A stretch of 64,000 nt of DNA, from positions 65,127 through 129,126 of the forward strand of contig CAVQUI010000005.1 of the NCBI GenBank assembly GCA_963716775.1, in the 5' to 3' direction. This DNA is from an uncultured delta proteobacterium. Its GTDB lineage: Bacteria; Myxococcota_A; Polyangia; Polyangiales; Houyiibacteriaceae. Within the stretch, counting starts at the first letter, position 1. Every line of letters starts with the position of its first letter. Position numbers and translations under genes: made by a program. Shown piece after piece: positions 30,070 to 39,542 of the stretch. Under the pieces are notes generated by a model. That model was given only the letters and a program-made list of their open reading frames with translations, was not told the origin of the DNA and ran no database searches.

Positions 30070-32445
30070 TCAGTTTTGCAGGAGCTGGTCGCACTCGGCG
30101 CTGATGTATCCGAGGGCCACGAGCTGGCGGCAGAGCTCGGGCGTCATTTCCTGCTTTTCCTCTGTCAACCCGGGACTCTTCTTGGCCGTCGAGCCGCTCG
30201 GAGCAGCCAGCCAATGACCGCGATCCTCGGCGCCCAGGAACTGCCCGTGGAGCGTGCGCAAGTAGCGCTGGGCGATGGGATGCTGGCTGCCGTCGAGCTC
30301 TTGCTTCTCCCAGTAGTCGTTGCCGAGGTCGAACATGACCTGGCTGAGGTTGCCGCGGATGATCATCTTCCAATCGGCGCCGCGAATCACCCGGCGGTGG
30401 TCGAGAAAGTCACTGAATGCGACGTAGGGGCCGGCGGGCCAATCGCCCCGCATGAAGCCGAGCAAGCTCCGACCCTCGAAGGCATCCGGGATCGCAACGC
30501 CGCTGGCCTCCAAGACCGTCGGCCCGATGTCCATCGTGCTGACGACCGGACCGATGCGCATGCCTGCAGGAATGACGCCGGGCCAACGGAACATCAGCGG
30601 CACGTGCAGGAGCTCCTGGTACACCGAATGCCCGTGACCCCAGGAGCCGTGCTCCTGAAACTCCTCACCATGGTCGGAGGTCACGACGATGATGGTGTTC
30701 TCGTCGAGCCCCAGCTCGCGGAGCTTCACGAGGAACTTTCCGAAGTACTCGTCGTGGTAGCTGATCTCGCCGTCGTGCAGCGCTTCGATCCGCTCCTTGT
30801 CGCGCTTCGTGAATGCGTACTTGCCCGGATTCTTCTTCGCTTCATCGAGCATCAAGTGCGTTCGGCGGTTTTGCACCTGCCCGCTGTACGGCTGGGCGTC
30901 GTACATCTCCAGGAACTTGGCAGGCGGGTCGTACGGCACGTGCGGGTCGATCGTCTGAATGTAGACGAAGAAGCGACCATCCTTGTTCTTCTCGATCCAG
31001 CTCTGAGCTTCGCCAAACACGTTCGACGCGTTGGTGTTCCGCGCTTCACGGATGTAGTTGGTGTAGTGATCCCAGCCTTGGTCGAAACCGAACGCGTTCG
31101 AGACATAGCCATTGGCGATGAAGCTCGCGGTCTTGAAACCCGCTTTCTGGTAAACCTCGCTCAGCATCAGCGCGGACTTTGGAAGCTTCGAGGCGTCTTC
31201 CTTGGTTCGGTGCGTGGCCGGATGAAGCGAGGTGAGCACGCTCGCGACGGATGGCTTGGTCCAGTTCTCGGGAGACTGCGGGCGTTCGAAGAGTGCGCCC
31301 TGCGCGGCAAACTCGTCGATGGTCGGGGTCTTGACGCGGGTCTTCGGATAGTAGGCCTGTACCTTGCTTGCGCGCAGGGTGTCGACCAGGAGGACGATCA
31401 CGTTTTGCGCTGCTTGTTCGATCGGGGCCGGTTCGGCAGCCTGCCGGACGATGCGAACGTCGCTCAGCCCGAGATCCGCCGCGCCCTCGTTGCGGAAGCG
31501 CAATCGGATGATTCCGCCGGCGTGCTCCTTCAACGACACCGCTTGATCACTCCAGGCGGCCCCAAGCTCGATCGGCATGCTGGCGGTGGCAGAGCCGTCC
31601 CGGCTGATCTCTAGTGACAGCTTGCCGCTTGCCTCCGAACCGAGGCCGGCCCCGAATACGAGCGTGCCCCCATCGGGCGCCTCGATGAACCAGTCGATCT
31701 GCGCAGCGGGCCCGAGAACGATGGCCCGACGGCCGATGCCACCCACCGAGACCTGGCTCAGCTCGACGCGCTTGGGCGCGGCCGGCTCCGCGGCGCCCGA
31801 TGGCTCGAAGCGCAACCAGTCGATCGCAATCGACCTCGCCTGGCCGCGAACCTGGGCTGTCTTGGTTGCCCGCAGCATGATGGAGTTCTCGCCAGAGCGA
31901 ACGTGAGTCTCCGGAATCGGGATCACGATTTCACGGAAGCCCTCGCCTTGCGAGAAGCGCGCTTCACCCGCGGTCTTGCCGTTGACGTAGACGATCAGCG
32001 CTCCGGTTGCGTAGGGCTTGGCCCGCAGCCGGAGCTGCATCGCTTGCTTCTTCTCGGCCGGCAGATAGAGGCGCGCCGTCTTGCCGAAGGTCGATACGCG
32101 TGATTCTCCCTCGCGGCTTTCGCCGAGCCAGCCACTGTTCCAGTTGCCGATGGTGTACTTGGGGCGCGCTGCGGTGCCCAAGTCGACAAAGAGGCCGGAG
32201 GGGTCGTAGACGTCCGCCAGATGCAGGAGCGCGAGGAGGTCCTCGTGCTGGGCCGTGCCCGTCGGTGCCGGGGCGGCGGCGGGCGCTGGCGCTACTTTGC
32301 CTTTGGTCCGGGGGCGCTTGGGCTCTTCATCGGGTGCCTGCTCGAGAGGCGTCCCCGGATCCGCCCCCTCCTGCTCACAGGTGTACCCCTGAAGACAGAG
32401 CAGGATAACTAGCCCGAGACGGCTCCTCTTGTGACTTCCCCACAT
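30070..32445 (-). CDS. Sulfatase-like hydrolase/transferase (alkaline-phosphatase superfamily) with ~350-aa N-terminal domain; FGly motif degenerate
   Basis: Start MWGSHKRSRLGLVILLCLQGYTC. The AP-superfamily core has VLLVDTLRA, SDHGEEF and GHGHS. The position of C/S-x-P-x-R reads T-K-P-S-V. Confidence 0.75.
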   Translation of the reverse strand: MWGSHKRSRLGLVILLCLQGYTCEQEGADPGTPLEQAPDEEPKRPRTKGKVAPAPAAAPAPTGTAQHEDLLALLHLADVYDPSGLFVDLGTAARPKYTIGNWNSGWLGESREGESRVSTFGKTARLYLPAEKKQAMQLRLRAKPYATGALIVYVNGKTAGEARFSQGEGFREIVIPIPETHVRSGENSIMLRATKTAQVRGQARSIAIDWLRFEPSGAAEPAAPKRVELSQVSVGGIGRRAIVLGPAAQIDWFIEAPDGGTLVFGAGLGSEASGKLSLEISRDGSATASMPIELGAAWSDQAVSLKEHAGGIIRLRFRNEGAADLGLSDVRIVRQAAEPAPIEQAAQNVIVLLVDTLRASKVQAYYPKTRVKTPTIDEFAAQGALFERPQSPENWTKPSVASVLTSLHPATHRTKEDASKLPKSALMLSEVYQKAGFKTASFIANGYVSNAFGFDQGWDHYTNYIREARNTNASNVFGEAQSWIEKNKDGRFFVYIQTIDPHVPYDPPAKFLEMYDAQPYSGQVQNRRTHLMLDEAKKNPGKYAFTKRDKERIEALHDGEISYHDEYFGKFLVKLRELGLDENTIIVVTSDHGEEFQEHGSWGHGHSVYQELLHVPLMFRWPGVIPAGMRIGPVVSTMDIGPTVLEASGVAIPDAFEGRSLLGFMRGDWPAGPYVAFSDFLDHRRVIRGADWKMIIRGNLSQVMFDLGNDYWEKQELDGSQHPIAQRYLRTLHGQFLGAEDRGHWLAAPSGSTAKKSPGLTEEKQEMTPELCRQLVALGYISAECDQLLQN

Positions 32446-32531
32446 GCGCGTTCGGCTACCACGGCCCGGCGGGTGGAGCAATGGCGTTGGGGTGACCACT
32501 CGGCCGGCTGATGTGCTAATGGCCTGGCGTC

Positions 32532-34448
32532 ATGGATGGAAACGGCGAGCCCCGCGACTGGAGCGTGAAGAAGAGCAACAAGCTCTACCAGATTAAGGGC
32601 TGGGGAGAGCCGTACTTCCGCATCAACGAGCGCGGTCACGTCGAAGTGCGGCCCGATCCCACCGAAGACCGGGCGATCGATCTCTACGATCTCACAAAGC
32701 AGCTGGCCGAACGCGGGCTCGATCTGCCCCTGCTGATTCGATTTCCCAACATCCTGCAGGACCGAATCAGGCTCTTGAACGAGTGCTTCAACAACGCGAT
32801 CCGCGAGTACGACTATGCCGGGAAGTACCGCGGCGTGTTTCCAGTCAAGGTCAATCAGCAGCGGCATCTGGTCGAAGAGATCATCGAGTCGGGAAGGCCG
32901 TGGCGATTCGGCTTGGAAGCGGGCTCGAAGCCCGAGCTCCTGATCACGCTCGCCGCGATGGAAGACGAAGACGGCTTCATCATCTGCAACGGGTACAAAG
33001 ACCTCGCCTATATGGAGACCGCGCTCGTTGCGCAGCGCTTCGACAATACGGTCGTGGTGGTGCTCGAGCGCGTCGAAGAGCTCGAGCTCGCCTTCCGCGC
33101 ATCGGAGAAGCTCGGCATCAGACCCTGCCTAGGGGTTCGTGCGAAGCTCAGCAGTAAGGGAATGGGCCGCTGGGCGGACTCTGCCGGCGATCGCGCGAAG
33201 TTCGGCCTGTCGATGTCGGAGATCGTGCACGTCGTCGACGAGCTCGAGAAGCGCGACATGCTCGATTGCCTGAAGCTCCTTCACTTCCACCTCGGAAGCC
33301 AGGTCTCGAGCATCATCCCGGTGAAGAATGCCATGCGCGAAGCAGGCCAGATTTACGTCGAACTGACGAAGATGGGTTGCGAGATGGGCTTTCTCGATGT
33401 CGGCGGCGGCTTGGCGGTCGACTACGACGGCTCGAAGACCGACTTTAGTGGCTCGATGAACTACGACCTGCAGGAGTACGCCTACGACGTCGTGGCTGGG
33501 GTCCAAGACGCCTGCGAGAAGTCGAAAGTGACGCCGCCCACCATCGTGAGCGAGAGCGGACGATCGATCGCCGCGTACCAGTCGGTGCTGGTTTTCGATG
33601 CCCTGGGCGTCGACCACGTCGATTTCGAGGACCCGGAGGAACCCTCGCCCGACGACCACCGGATCCTCGACGAGTTCTACGAGACCTGGAAGGGAATCCA
33701 ACCCAAGAACGTGCAGGAGTCCTGGCACGACGCGCAGCAGGCGCTCGAAGAAGCCCGGAGCCTGTTCAAGTTCGGCTACCTCGGGATTCGAGAGCTCGCG
33801 CGCGCGGAGCATCTGTTCTGGAGCTGCTGCGAGAAGATTCGCCGGAGCATGCGCCGGCTGAAGTACGTGCCCGAAGAGCTCAACGCCGTCGAAGACCTGA
33901 TGGGGGCGATCTACTACTGCAACTTCTCGCTGTTCCAGTCGGCGCCCGACATCTGGGCCATGGACCACCTGTTTCCATTCATGCCGATTCACCGTCTCGA
34001 CGAAGAGCCCACCGTTCGTGCCAGGCTCGCAGACCTGACCTGCGACTCCGACGGCATCGTCGACCACTTCATCGACGTCGAAGAGGTGCAGCGTTCACTC
34101 CGTCTGCATCCGGTGAACGACGGAGAGCACTATCTCCTGGGAATGTTCCTCGGCGGCGCCTACCAAGAGATCCTAGGCGACCTTCACAATCTCTTTGGCG
34201 ACACCAACGCTGTACACGTTCGTTTGGAGGACTACGGCTACAGCGTGGCCAACGTGATCAAGGGAGACTCGATCGACGAGGTGCTTCGCTACTTGCAGTA
34301 TGATCCCGAGGAGATGGTGGAGCGCGTTCGCAAGCAGGCCGAGCGTGCACTCAATCAGGGGCGGATGACCCTCCCCCAGCTTCGAACCTTCATGCTGCAC
34401 TACGAAGAGAGCCTCCGCGGCTACACCTACCTCAAGGGCGACGCCTGA
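32532..34448 (+). CDS. speA: Biosynthetic arginine decarboxylase
   Basis: Intact 638 aa. WSVKKSNKLYQIKGWGEPYF, PLP-Lys context GVFPVKVNQQ and family-wide collinearity to the C-terminus. Confidence 0.9.
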   Translation: MDGNGEPRDWSVKKSNKLYQIKGWGEPYFRINERGHVEVRPDPTEDRAIDLYDLTKQLAERGLDLPLLIRFPNILQDRIRLLNECFNNAIREYDYAGKYRGVFPVKVNQQRHLVEEIIESGRPWRFGLEAGSKPELLITLAAMEDEDGFIICNGYKDLAYMETALVAQRFDNTVVVVLERVEELELAFRASEKLGIRPCLGVRAKLSSKGMGRWADSAGDRAKFGLSMSEIVHVVDELEKRDMLDCLKLLHFHLGSQVSSIIPVKNAMREAGQIYVELTKMGCEMGFLDVGGGLAVDYDGSKTDFSGSMNYDLQEYAYDVVAGVQDACEKSKVTPPTIVSESGRSIAAYQSVLVFDALGVDHVDFEDPEEPSPDDHRILDEFYETWKGIQPKNVQESWHDAQQALEEARSLFKFGYLGIRELARAEHLFWSCCEKIRRSMRRLKYVPEELNAVEDLMGAIYYCNFSLFQSAPDIWAMDHLFPFMPIHRLDEEPTVRARLADLTCDSDGIVDHFIDVEEVQRSLRLHPVNDGEHYLLGMFLGGAYQEILGDLHNLFGDTNAVHVRLEDYGYSVANVIKGDSIDEVLRYLQYDPEEMVERVRKQAERALNQGRMTLPQLRTFMLHYEESLRGYTYLKGDA

Positions 34449-34506
34449 TTTTTCGCGATTTTCGGCTGATTTCGACATAGGCCCCGCCAGGCTCTACTTT
34501 GAAAGC

Positions 34507-35247
34507 GTGGATCTAGCCGAGTTTCAAGAGGCCCTGCTGCAGCAGATGGAGCGAAAGACCCACTGGGCTTGGCCCGGTTTCACGCATGGGTTGGTTCCAC
34601 GAGACAAGCTGCACATCCACCTCGAGCACGAGTGGGAAGTGTACGTGCGGGACTTCCCGATCATGGTGGGTCGCGCGTACGTGCAGTGCCCGATCGCCGA
34701 AGTTCGGCGCGAGCTTGCCGAGAACCTCTACGAGGAAGAGACCGGCGGATTGGCCGCAGGCAGACCACACCCGGACCTGTTCATGATGTACCCGGAGGGA
34801 CTCGGGATGGATCTGAATCGTTTTGGGAACGTTCAGCTGCTGCCGGCGGCGCGCGCGTATCGCAGTTTCTTGGATGACGCCACGACGAATCGCGGCTGGT
34901 CGGTGGCGGCATCGATTGCGACCCTCTTCATCGAGGGCACCGCGTACGAGCGGCACGAGCTCGATGCGTCCGCACCTCCTCGGCCGCAACCGCCGCTCGA
35001 AGAGCACCCGCTTGCGAAGCACTATGGGCTCCCGCTCGATTGCCTGGCGCTCACCAAGGCGCACCGCTCCGTCGAAGGAGAGCATCGCCAAGCCGCATGG
35101 CGTGTGATGCTGAATCACCTCCCGGCCGCTGACCGCGCCGCTGTGGTTCGGTCGATGGAACAGGCCGTCGATGGATGGCGCGCATACCGGGACGACGTGG
35201 CCGAGGCATGCGGCCTCAGCCGAGACACCTTGCCGCTAACCGGCTAG
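34507..35247 (+). CDS. Heme-oxygenase-like diiron/iron-containing redox enzyme family protein (PqqC/CADD/TenA-like fold)
   Basis: GTG start 58 nt after speA. Helical protein with ligand-like motifs ENLYEEETG...HPDLF, FIEGTAYE and HRSVEGEH (H-x3-E-x2-H). Confidence 0.6.
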   Translation: MDLAEFQEALLQQMERKTHWAWPGFTHGLVPRDKLHIHLEHEWEVYVRDFPIMVGRAYVQCPIAEVRRELAENLYEEETGGLAAGRPHPDLFMMYPEGLGMDLNRFGNVQLLPAARAYRSFLDDATTNRGWSVAASIATLFIEGTAYERHELDASAPPRPQPPLEEHPLAKHYGLPLDCLALTKAHRSVEGEHRQAAWRVMLNHLPAADRAAVVRSMEQAVDGWRAYRDDVAEACGLSRDTLPLTG

Positions 35248-36732
35248 GAGTTTCTTCTGCACTTTGCCCATCGCGTTGCGCGGCAGCTCCGCCATGAACT
35301 CGATGTCGCGCGGGCGCTTGTGGGGGCTCAGGTGCTCGGCGACGAAGCCCGCTAGTGCGGCGGGGTCCTCGGCTTCGCCGGGACGCAAGACCACAAACGC
35401 TGCGATTCGTTGGCCGAGGTCGTCGTCGGGCCGCCCGACGATCGCCACCTCGCGAACCGATGGATGCCCGAGCAAGCAGGCCTCGATTTCGCCCGCGCCC
35501 ACCCGGTAGCCGCCGGTCTTGATCAAGTCCGTGCTCCGGCGGCCCAAGATGCGAATCGCACCCTCCTGGGTTCGCGTCGCGAGGTCGCCGGTGTAAAACC
35601 AGCCCTCGTCGTCCAAGACGGCGGCGGTCGCATCCTCGCGGTTGAGGTAGCCGGCAAACACCGCGTCACTGCGCACGACGACTTCACCGATCGTCTGATC
35701 ATCATGCGCATCGAGCTCGCGGCGTTGGTCATCGACGAGCTTCAGCTCGACGCCTGGAAGCGGGGGCCCGACGTAGCCCGGCATCGGAGCATGAGACGCA
35801 GGGACTCCGCAATTGATTAGCGTCTCGGTCAATCCGTATCGCTCGTGCACCCCGCGACCAGTCAGTGATTGAATCCGCTGGTGCTCTCGCAAAGGGAGCC
35901 CCGCCGACCCTGAAACGAGCAATCGCGGTTTGCCCAACGCTTCACGAAGGCCCGCGTCGTGCTCGGCAGCCTCAGCGAGCCGGTGGAACATCGTAGGCAC
36001 CGCGAAGAACATCGTTTGCTCGTGGCGCGGATCGCCAAGGGCCTGGGCGACACTGTCAGGAGTGAAGCGCGGAACATAGTGAAGCGCGCCGCCGACCCGT
36101 AGGCTGCCCAGTAGCCCCAGCACGAGGCCATGCGCGTGAATCAAGGGCAGCGAATGAACGACCGTGTCTCGATCGGTCCATTCCCAGGCCTCGGCGAGGG
36201 CATCGAGGTTCGCTGCAATGTTGCGCCGAGTGATCACCGCGCCCTTGGGCGGGCCGGTCGTGCCGGACGTGTAGAGAATCATCCCAGGCGACTCATCGAC
36301 CGGGATGGGTGGCAGAATTGCGGTCGCTGGCGTGTACGCTGCCCGAAGCGAGGGAACACCAACCGCTTCGTGGGGCAACTCGTGCCGCTCGCAGCAGAAC
36401 GAAAGCTTCGGCTTGGAGTCATTGTAGATGTGCGCGAGCTCGGCGGAGCCGAGCTTGGGGTTGAGCGGCACCGTCGCCACCCCAGCCAGCGCATTCCCGA
36501 TCATGGCGGCAGCCGTGCAGCGATCGGGCTGAGCCCAAACCGCCACCCGATCTCCGGACCGAACGCCAGTGAGCTCGAGCAAGGCCACATGCTCGAGCGC
36601 AGCGCCAGCAAGCTCACCGTAGGTCCAGGCCTCGCCCTCGACGATGAACGCCAGGCGCGAGTCGGCACGGGTCAGGCGGGGAAAGAGATCGGACACCGCT
36701 ACTGTTCCACCGGGAAACCGCCGCTCCCCCAT
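35236..36732 (-). CDS. AMP-binding acyl-CoA synthetase (medium/short or malonyl-CoA synthetase-like)
   Basis: [55 protein letters not shown]. The start is uncertain: ATG 36732 overlaps the rhodanese 3' end by 34 nt, and the alternative GTG 36686 avoids the overlap. Confidence 0.85.
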   Translation of the reverse strand: MGERRFPGGTVAVSDLFPRLTRADSRLAFIVEGEAWTYGELAGAALEHVALLELTGVRSGDRVAVWAQPDRCTAAAMIGNALAGVATVPLNPKLGSAELAHIYNDSKPKLSFCCERHELPHEAVGVPSLRAAYTPATAILPPIPVDESPGMILYTSGTTGPPKGAVITRRNIAANLDALAEAWEWTDRDTVVHSLPLIHAHGLVLGLLGSLRVGGALHYVPRFTPDSVAQALGDPRHEQTMFFAVPTMFHRLAEAAEHDAGLREALGKPRLLVSGSAGLPLREHQRIQSLTGRGVHERYGLTETLINCGVPASHAPMPGYVGPPLPGVELKLVDDQRRELDAHDDQTIGEVVVRSDAVFAGYLNREDATAAVLDDEGWFYTGDLATRTQEGAIRILGRRSTDLIKTGGYRVGAGEIEACLLGHPSVREVAIVGRPDDDLGQRIAAFVVLRPGEAEDPAALAGFVAEHLSPHKRPRDIEFMAELPRNAMGKVQKKLLAG

Positions 36733-37622
36733 TCATTCCAGGACCCATCGTACAGCCTCGCGTCCTCGAAGCCGAGCGCGGTCAAAGTCAGCCACGCGAA
36801 CGAGCCTCGTTGCCCGGACACACAATAGGTCACGGACGTCTCGGCGGGGTCCATGCCGTCATAGAGGCCGGCCAGCTCGGTTTCCGATCGCAAGAACCCA
36901 GTCTGGAGGTTCCTCGTCCAATTCACGCTGCGGGCGCTCGGAATGCGGCCGCCGTCGTATTCTCCCTGCGAACGCGCGTCGACGAGCTGAATCGCCGGCA
37001 TGTCGTAGGGATCGTCACCCAGTTGCGAAAACACCCAGTCCCCGGTCACGCGGAGATCTTCGTTTAACGCCACGATCGTGTACTCCGACGCCTCCACGCT
37101 TGGCGACTCGGTCTCGATCTCGCCGTCAGCCTCCACCCAGGCCGCAAAGCCACCGTCGAGATACCGGACGTCCTCGTGACCGAAGTAACGAAGGGTCCAA
37201 ACGACTCGGGACGGATCGTACTCCGGAGGGGCGCCGTACACCACGGCGGTCACCTCGTTTCGTAGCCCGGCGGCGCGCAGCACCGGCTCTGCCTCCACCG
37301 GCGACATCACCTGAAAGGGAACGCCCTCGATCGTCGTCGCCAATTCGCCGGGCCTCAAGTGGATCGCACTTGGAATTCGGGATGCCTCGTACCCGGACCC
37401 GCGGGTGTCGATGAGCTGAACGTCCGGATCACCGAGGTGCGCTTCGAGCCAGTCGGTGTCGACCACGAGCTCGGACCCAAGTGACGTGCCGCCGTCGGGA
37501 AGCCCTCCGTCCGCCTGGGCACAGAGCTCCTCGGACAGGCCGGCACAGGGGTCCAAAGTCGGGCTGCTGGAGCAACCCAGAAGCGCCATGCAGAAAACAA
37601 CGCCAAGTCTTCTCAGAAGCAT
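36699..37622 (-). CDS. Tandem-rhodanese sulfurtransferase lipoprotein (thiosulfate/3-mercaptopyruvate sulfurtransferase type)
   Basis: MLLRRLGVVFCMALLGCSS carries a lipobox. Two rhodanese domains are present, with active-site loop YCVSGQRGS. Confidence 0.85.
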   Translation of the reverse strand: MLLRRLGVVFCMALLGCSSSPTLDPCAGLSEELCAQADGGLPDGGTSLGSELVVDTDWLEAHLGDPDVQLIDTRGSGYEASRIPSAIHLRPGELATTIEGVPFQVMSPVEAEPVLRAAGLRNEVTAVVYGAPPEYDPSRVVWTLRYFGHEDVRYLDGGFAAWVEADGEIETESPSVEASEYTIVALNEDLRVTGDWVFSQLGDDPYDMPAIQLVDARSQGEYDGGRIPSARSVNWTRNLQTGFLRSETELAGLYDGMDPAETSVTYCVSGQRGSFAWLTLTALGFEDARLYDGSWNEWGSGGFPVEQ

Positions 37623-37671
37623 CGCGCAACTCTACCCGAAAGACCCGAAATGCGGTACGAGGCTTTCTGCG

Positions 37672-38616
37672 ATGTTCGATCCCAGCAAGACCCTAGTGAT
37701 TGCCAATCCGATGGCGCGGCACGGTTTCGTCGGCGACAATTGGCCGGATCTGAGCGCGCGAATCGTCGAGCAGCTCGGCCCGGTGAACCTTCAGCTCACC
37801 AAGTCACGGGGCGATGGCCTGCGGATCGGGAAGCAGGCGATCGCGGACGGGGCACGAACGATCATTTCGTTTGGCGGAGACGGCACCCATAGCGAGGTGG
37901 TCGATGGCATCATGCAATCGGGGCTCAACGAGGAGGTCACGCTCGGCATTCTTCACGCGGGCACCGGCGGCGACTTTCGACGAATGATTCCCGGCGCGGA
38001 CGAGCTCGAGAGCGGCTGCGCGGCCATTCGCGATCGGCAGCCAGTTCCCATCGACATCGGCTGGGTCCAGTACGTTCACGACGAGGGGCACCGCGAGAGC
38101 CGGTTCTTTTTGAACATCACGTCGATGGGCATGGGCGGCCTCGTTGACCGGCTCGTCGCCGCATCGGCGTCAAAGAGCAGCGGAAAGGCCAAATACTTCA
38201 AGGCCGTGCTCCGCGCCCAGATGAAGTACAAGCCAGCTCAGATCCAACTACGCATCGACGGCAAGGACGAAGGTCGGCACGAAATCAGCAACATCTGCGT
38301 CTGCAACGGCCGCTGGGCAGGCGGCGGCATGATGTTCGCGCCCGAGGCCCGGGTCGCCGACGGCATGTTCGACGTGGTGTTGATTCGCGCGACTTCGACG
38401 CTGCGCGGGCTCCCGGTGATGGCGCGGCTCTACAAGGGCACCCACATTCGCTCCCCCATCGTGAGCACTTACCGCGGCCGGCATATCGAGGTGGAGATCT
38501 TGGCCAACACGGCCTGGATGGACATCGACGGGGAGGCCCCCGGGGTCGGGCCTGCCGAGTTCCGGATTCACGACCGGGCCCTGCGCGTCATTGGGATCGG
38601 CCCCGAGTTCGTCTGA
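37672..38616 (+). CDS. Diacylglycerol-kinase-family lipid kinase (YegS/LCB5-like)
   Basis: Start ATG at 37672 (MFDPSKTLVIANPMA). Catalytic-domain motif ISFGGDGTHSEVV is present. Confidence 0.8.
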   Translation: MFDPSKTLVIANPMARHGFVGDNWPDLSARIVEQLGPVNLQLTKSRGDGLRIGKQAIADGARTIISFGGDGTHSEVVDGIMQSGLNEEVTLGILHAGTGGDFRRMIPGADELESGCAAIRDRQPVPIDIGWVQYVHDEGHRESRFFLNITSMGMGGLVDRLVAASASKSSGKAKYFKAVLRAQMKYKPAQIQLRIDGKDEGRHEISNICVCNGRWAGGGMMFAPEARVADGMFDVVLIRATSTLRGLPVMARLYKGTHIRSPIVSTYRGRHIEVEILANTAWMDIDGEAPGVGPAEFRIHDRALRVIGIGPEFV

Positions 38617-38618
38617 GC

Positions 38619-39446
38619 TCAATCGTCGTCGACGCGCTCGCCGCGAAACAAACCGACAGCGATCTGGCCGAGACGCAGCGAGGTTCGGGGCGCGTATCGA
38701 TGAAGTCGCCAGAGCGCGTGAACGGTGGCCGTGAGCACGATGTAGAACCGATTCCGTTCGACGCCGCGGAGAATCTGCTTTGCGGCTTTTCGAGGCGGTA
38801 CCGGCTTCCCGGGCGAAATCTTTCGGAGTGCATCCGGATCGAGCTTGACGTAGCGCGTCGAGTCGAGGATCGGTGTGTCGACTAGCCCCGGACACACGAC
38901 ACTGACCTTCACGCCAAAGCTCGCGGCCTCGATGCGCAGGGTCGACGACAGGCCGACGACGGCGTGCTTGGTCGCCGCATAGGCACCTTCCGCCGCGGCG
39001 GGAATCAGGCCGGCAGCGGAAGCCGTATTGATGATGTGACCAAAGCCCTGCTCGCACATGATCGGGTAGGCCGCGTGAACTCCATGGATCACGCCTCGAA
39101 GGTTCACGTCGATCAGCTCGTTCCAGTCCTCGAGCGCGGTGTCGCGAATCTCGGCGCAGACATTCACGCCGGCATTGTTGAACATGTAGTCGATGCGGCC
39201 GAGCTCCTGATGTGCGGCATCGACGAGCGCCTGCACCTGAGCTGCGTCACGAACATCGACGGTCTTTGCGTCGAGCTGGGCCCCGCTAGCTCGAAGCTCG
39301 GCTGCCGTCTTCTCGAGGAGCTCGGAGTTGATGTCGGCCAACACCAGGTAGCAGCCACGCTGCCCCATCTCCTCGGCCAGAGCCTTCCCGATGCCGCCCG
39401 CGCCGCCAGTGATGATCGCGACCTTCCCTGCCAAGTCGTTCGCCAT
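38619..39446 (-). CDS. Short-chain dehydrogenase/reductase (classical SDR)
   Basis: Start ATG at 39446 (MANDLAGKVAIITGGAGGIGKA). NNAG and YAATKHAV are present. The long upstream ORF extension was rejected. Confidence 0.85.
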   Translation of the reverse strand: MANDLAGKVAIITGGAGGIGKALAEEMGQRGCYLVLADINSELLEKTAAELRASGAQLDAKTVDVRDAAQVQALVDAAHQELGRIDYMFNNAGVNVCAEIRDTALEDWNELIDVNLRGVIHGVHAAYPIMCEQGFGHIINTASAAGLIPAAAEGAYAATKHAVVGLSSTLRIEAASFGVKVSVVCPGLVDTPILDSTRYVKLDPDALRKISPGKPVPPRKAAKQILRGVERNRFYIVLTATVHALWRLHRYAPRTSLRLGQIAVGLFRGERVDDD

Positions 39447-39542
39447 GGTCGGTTTCCCTTCGCCGGCGCACGATGCCCACAAAAGCCCACGCCGACAAGC
39501 GTTGCGAGACCCGCGAAGAAACGGCGCTATGCTGCGTCTTCG

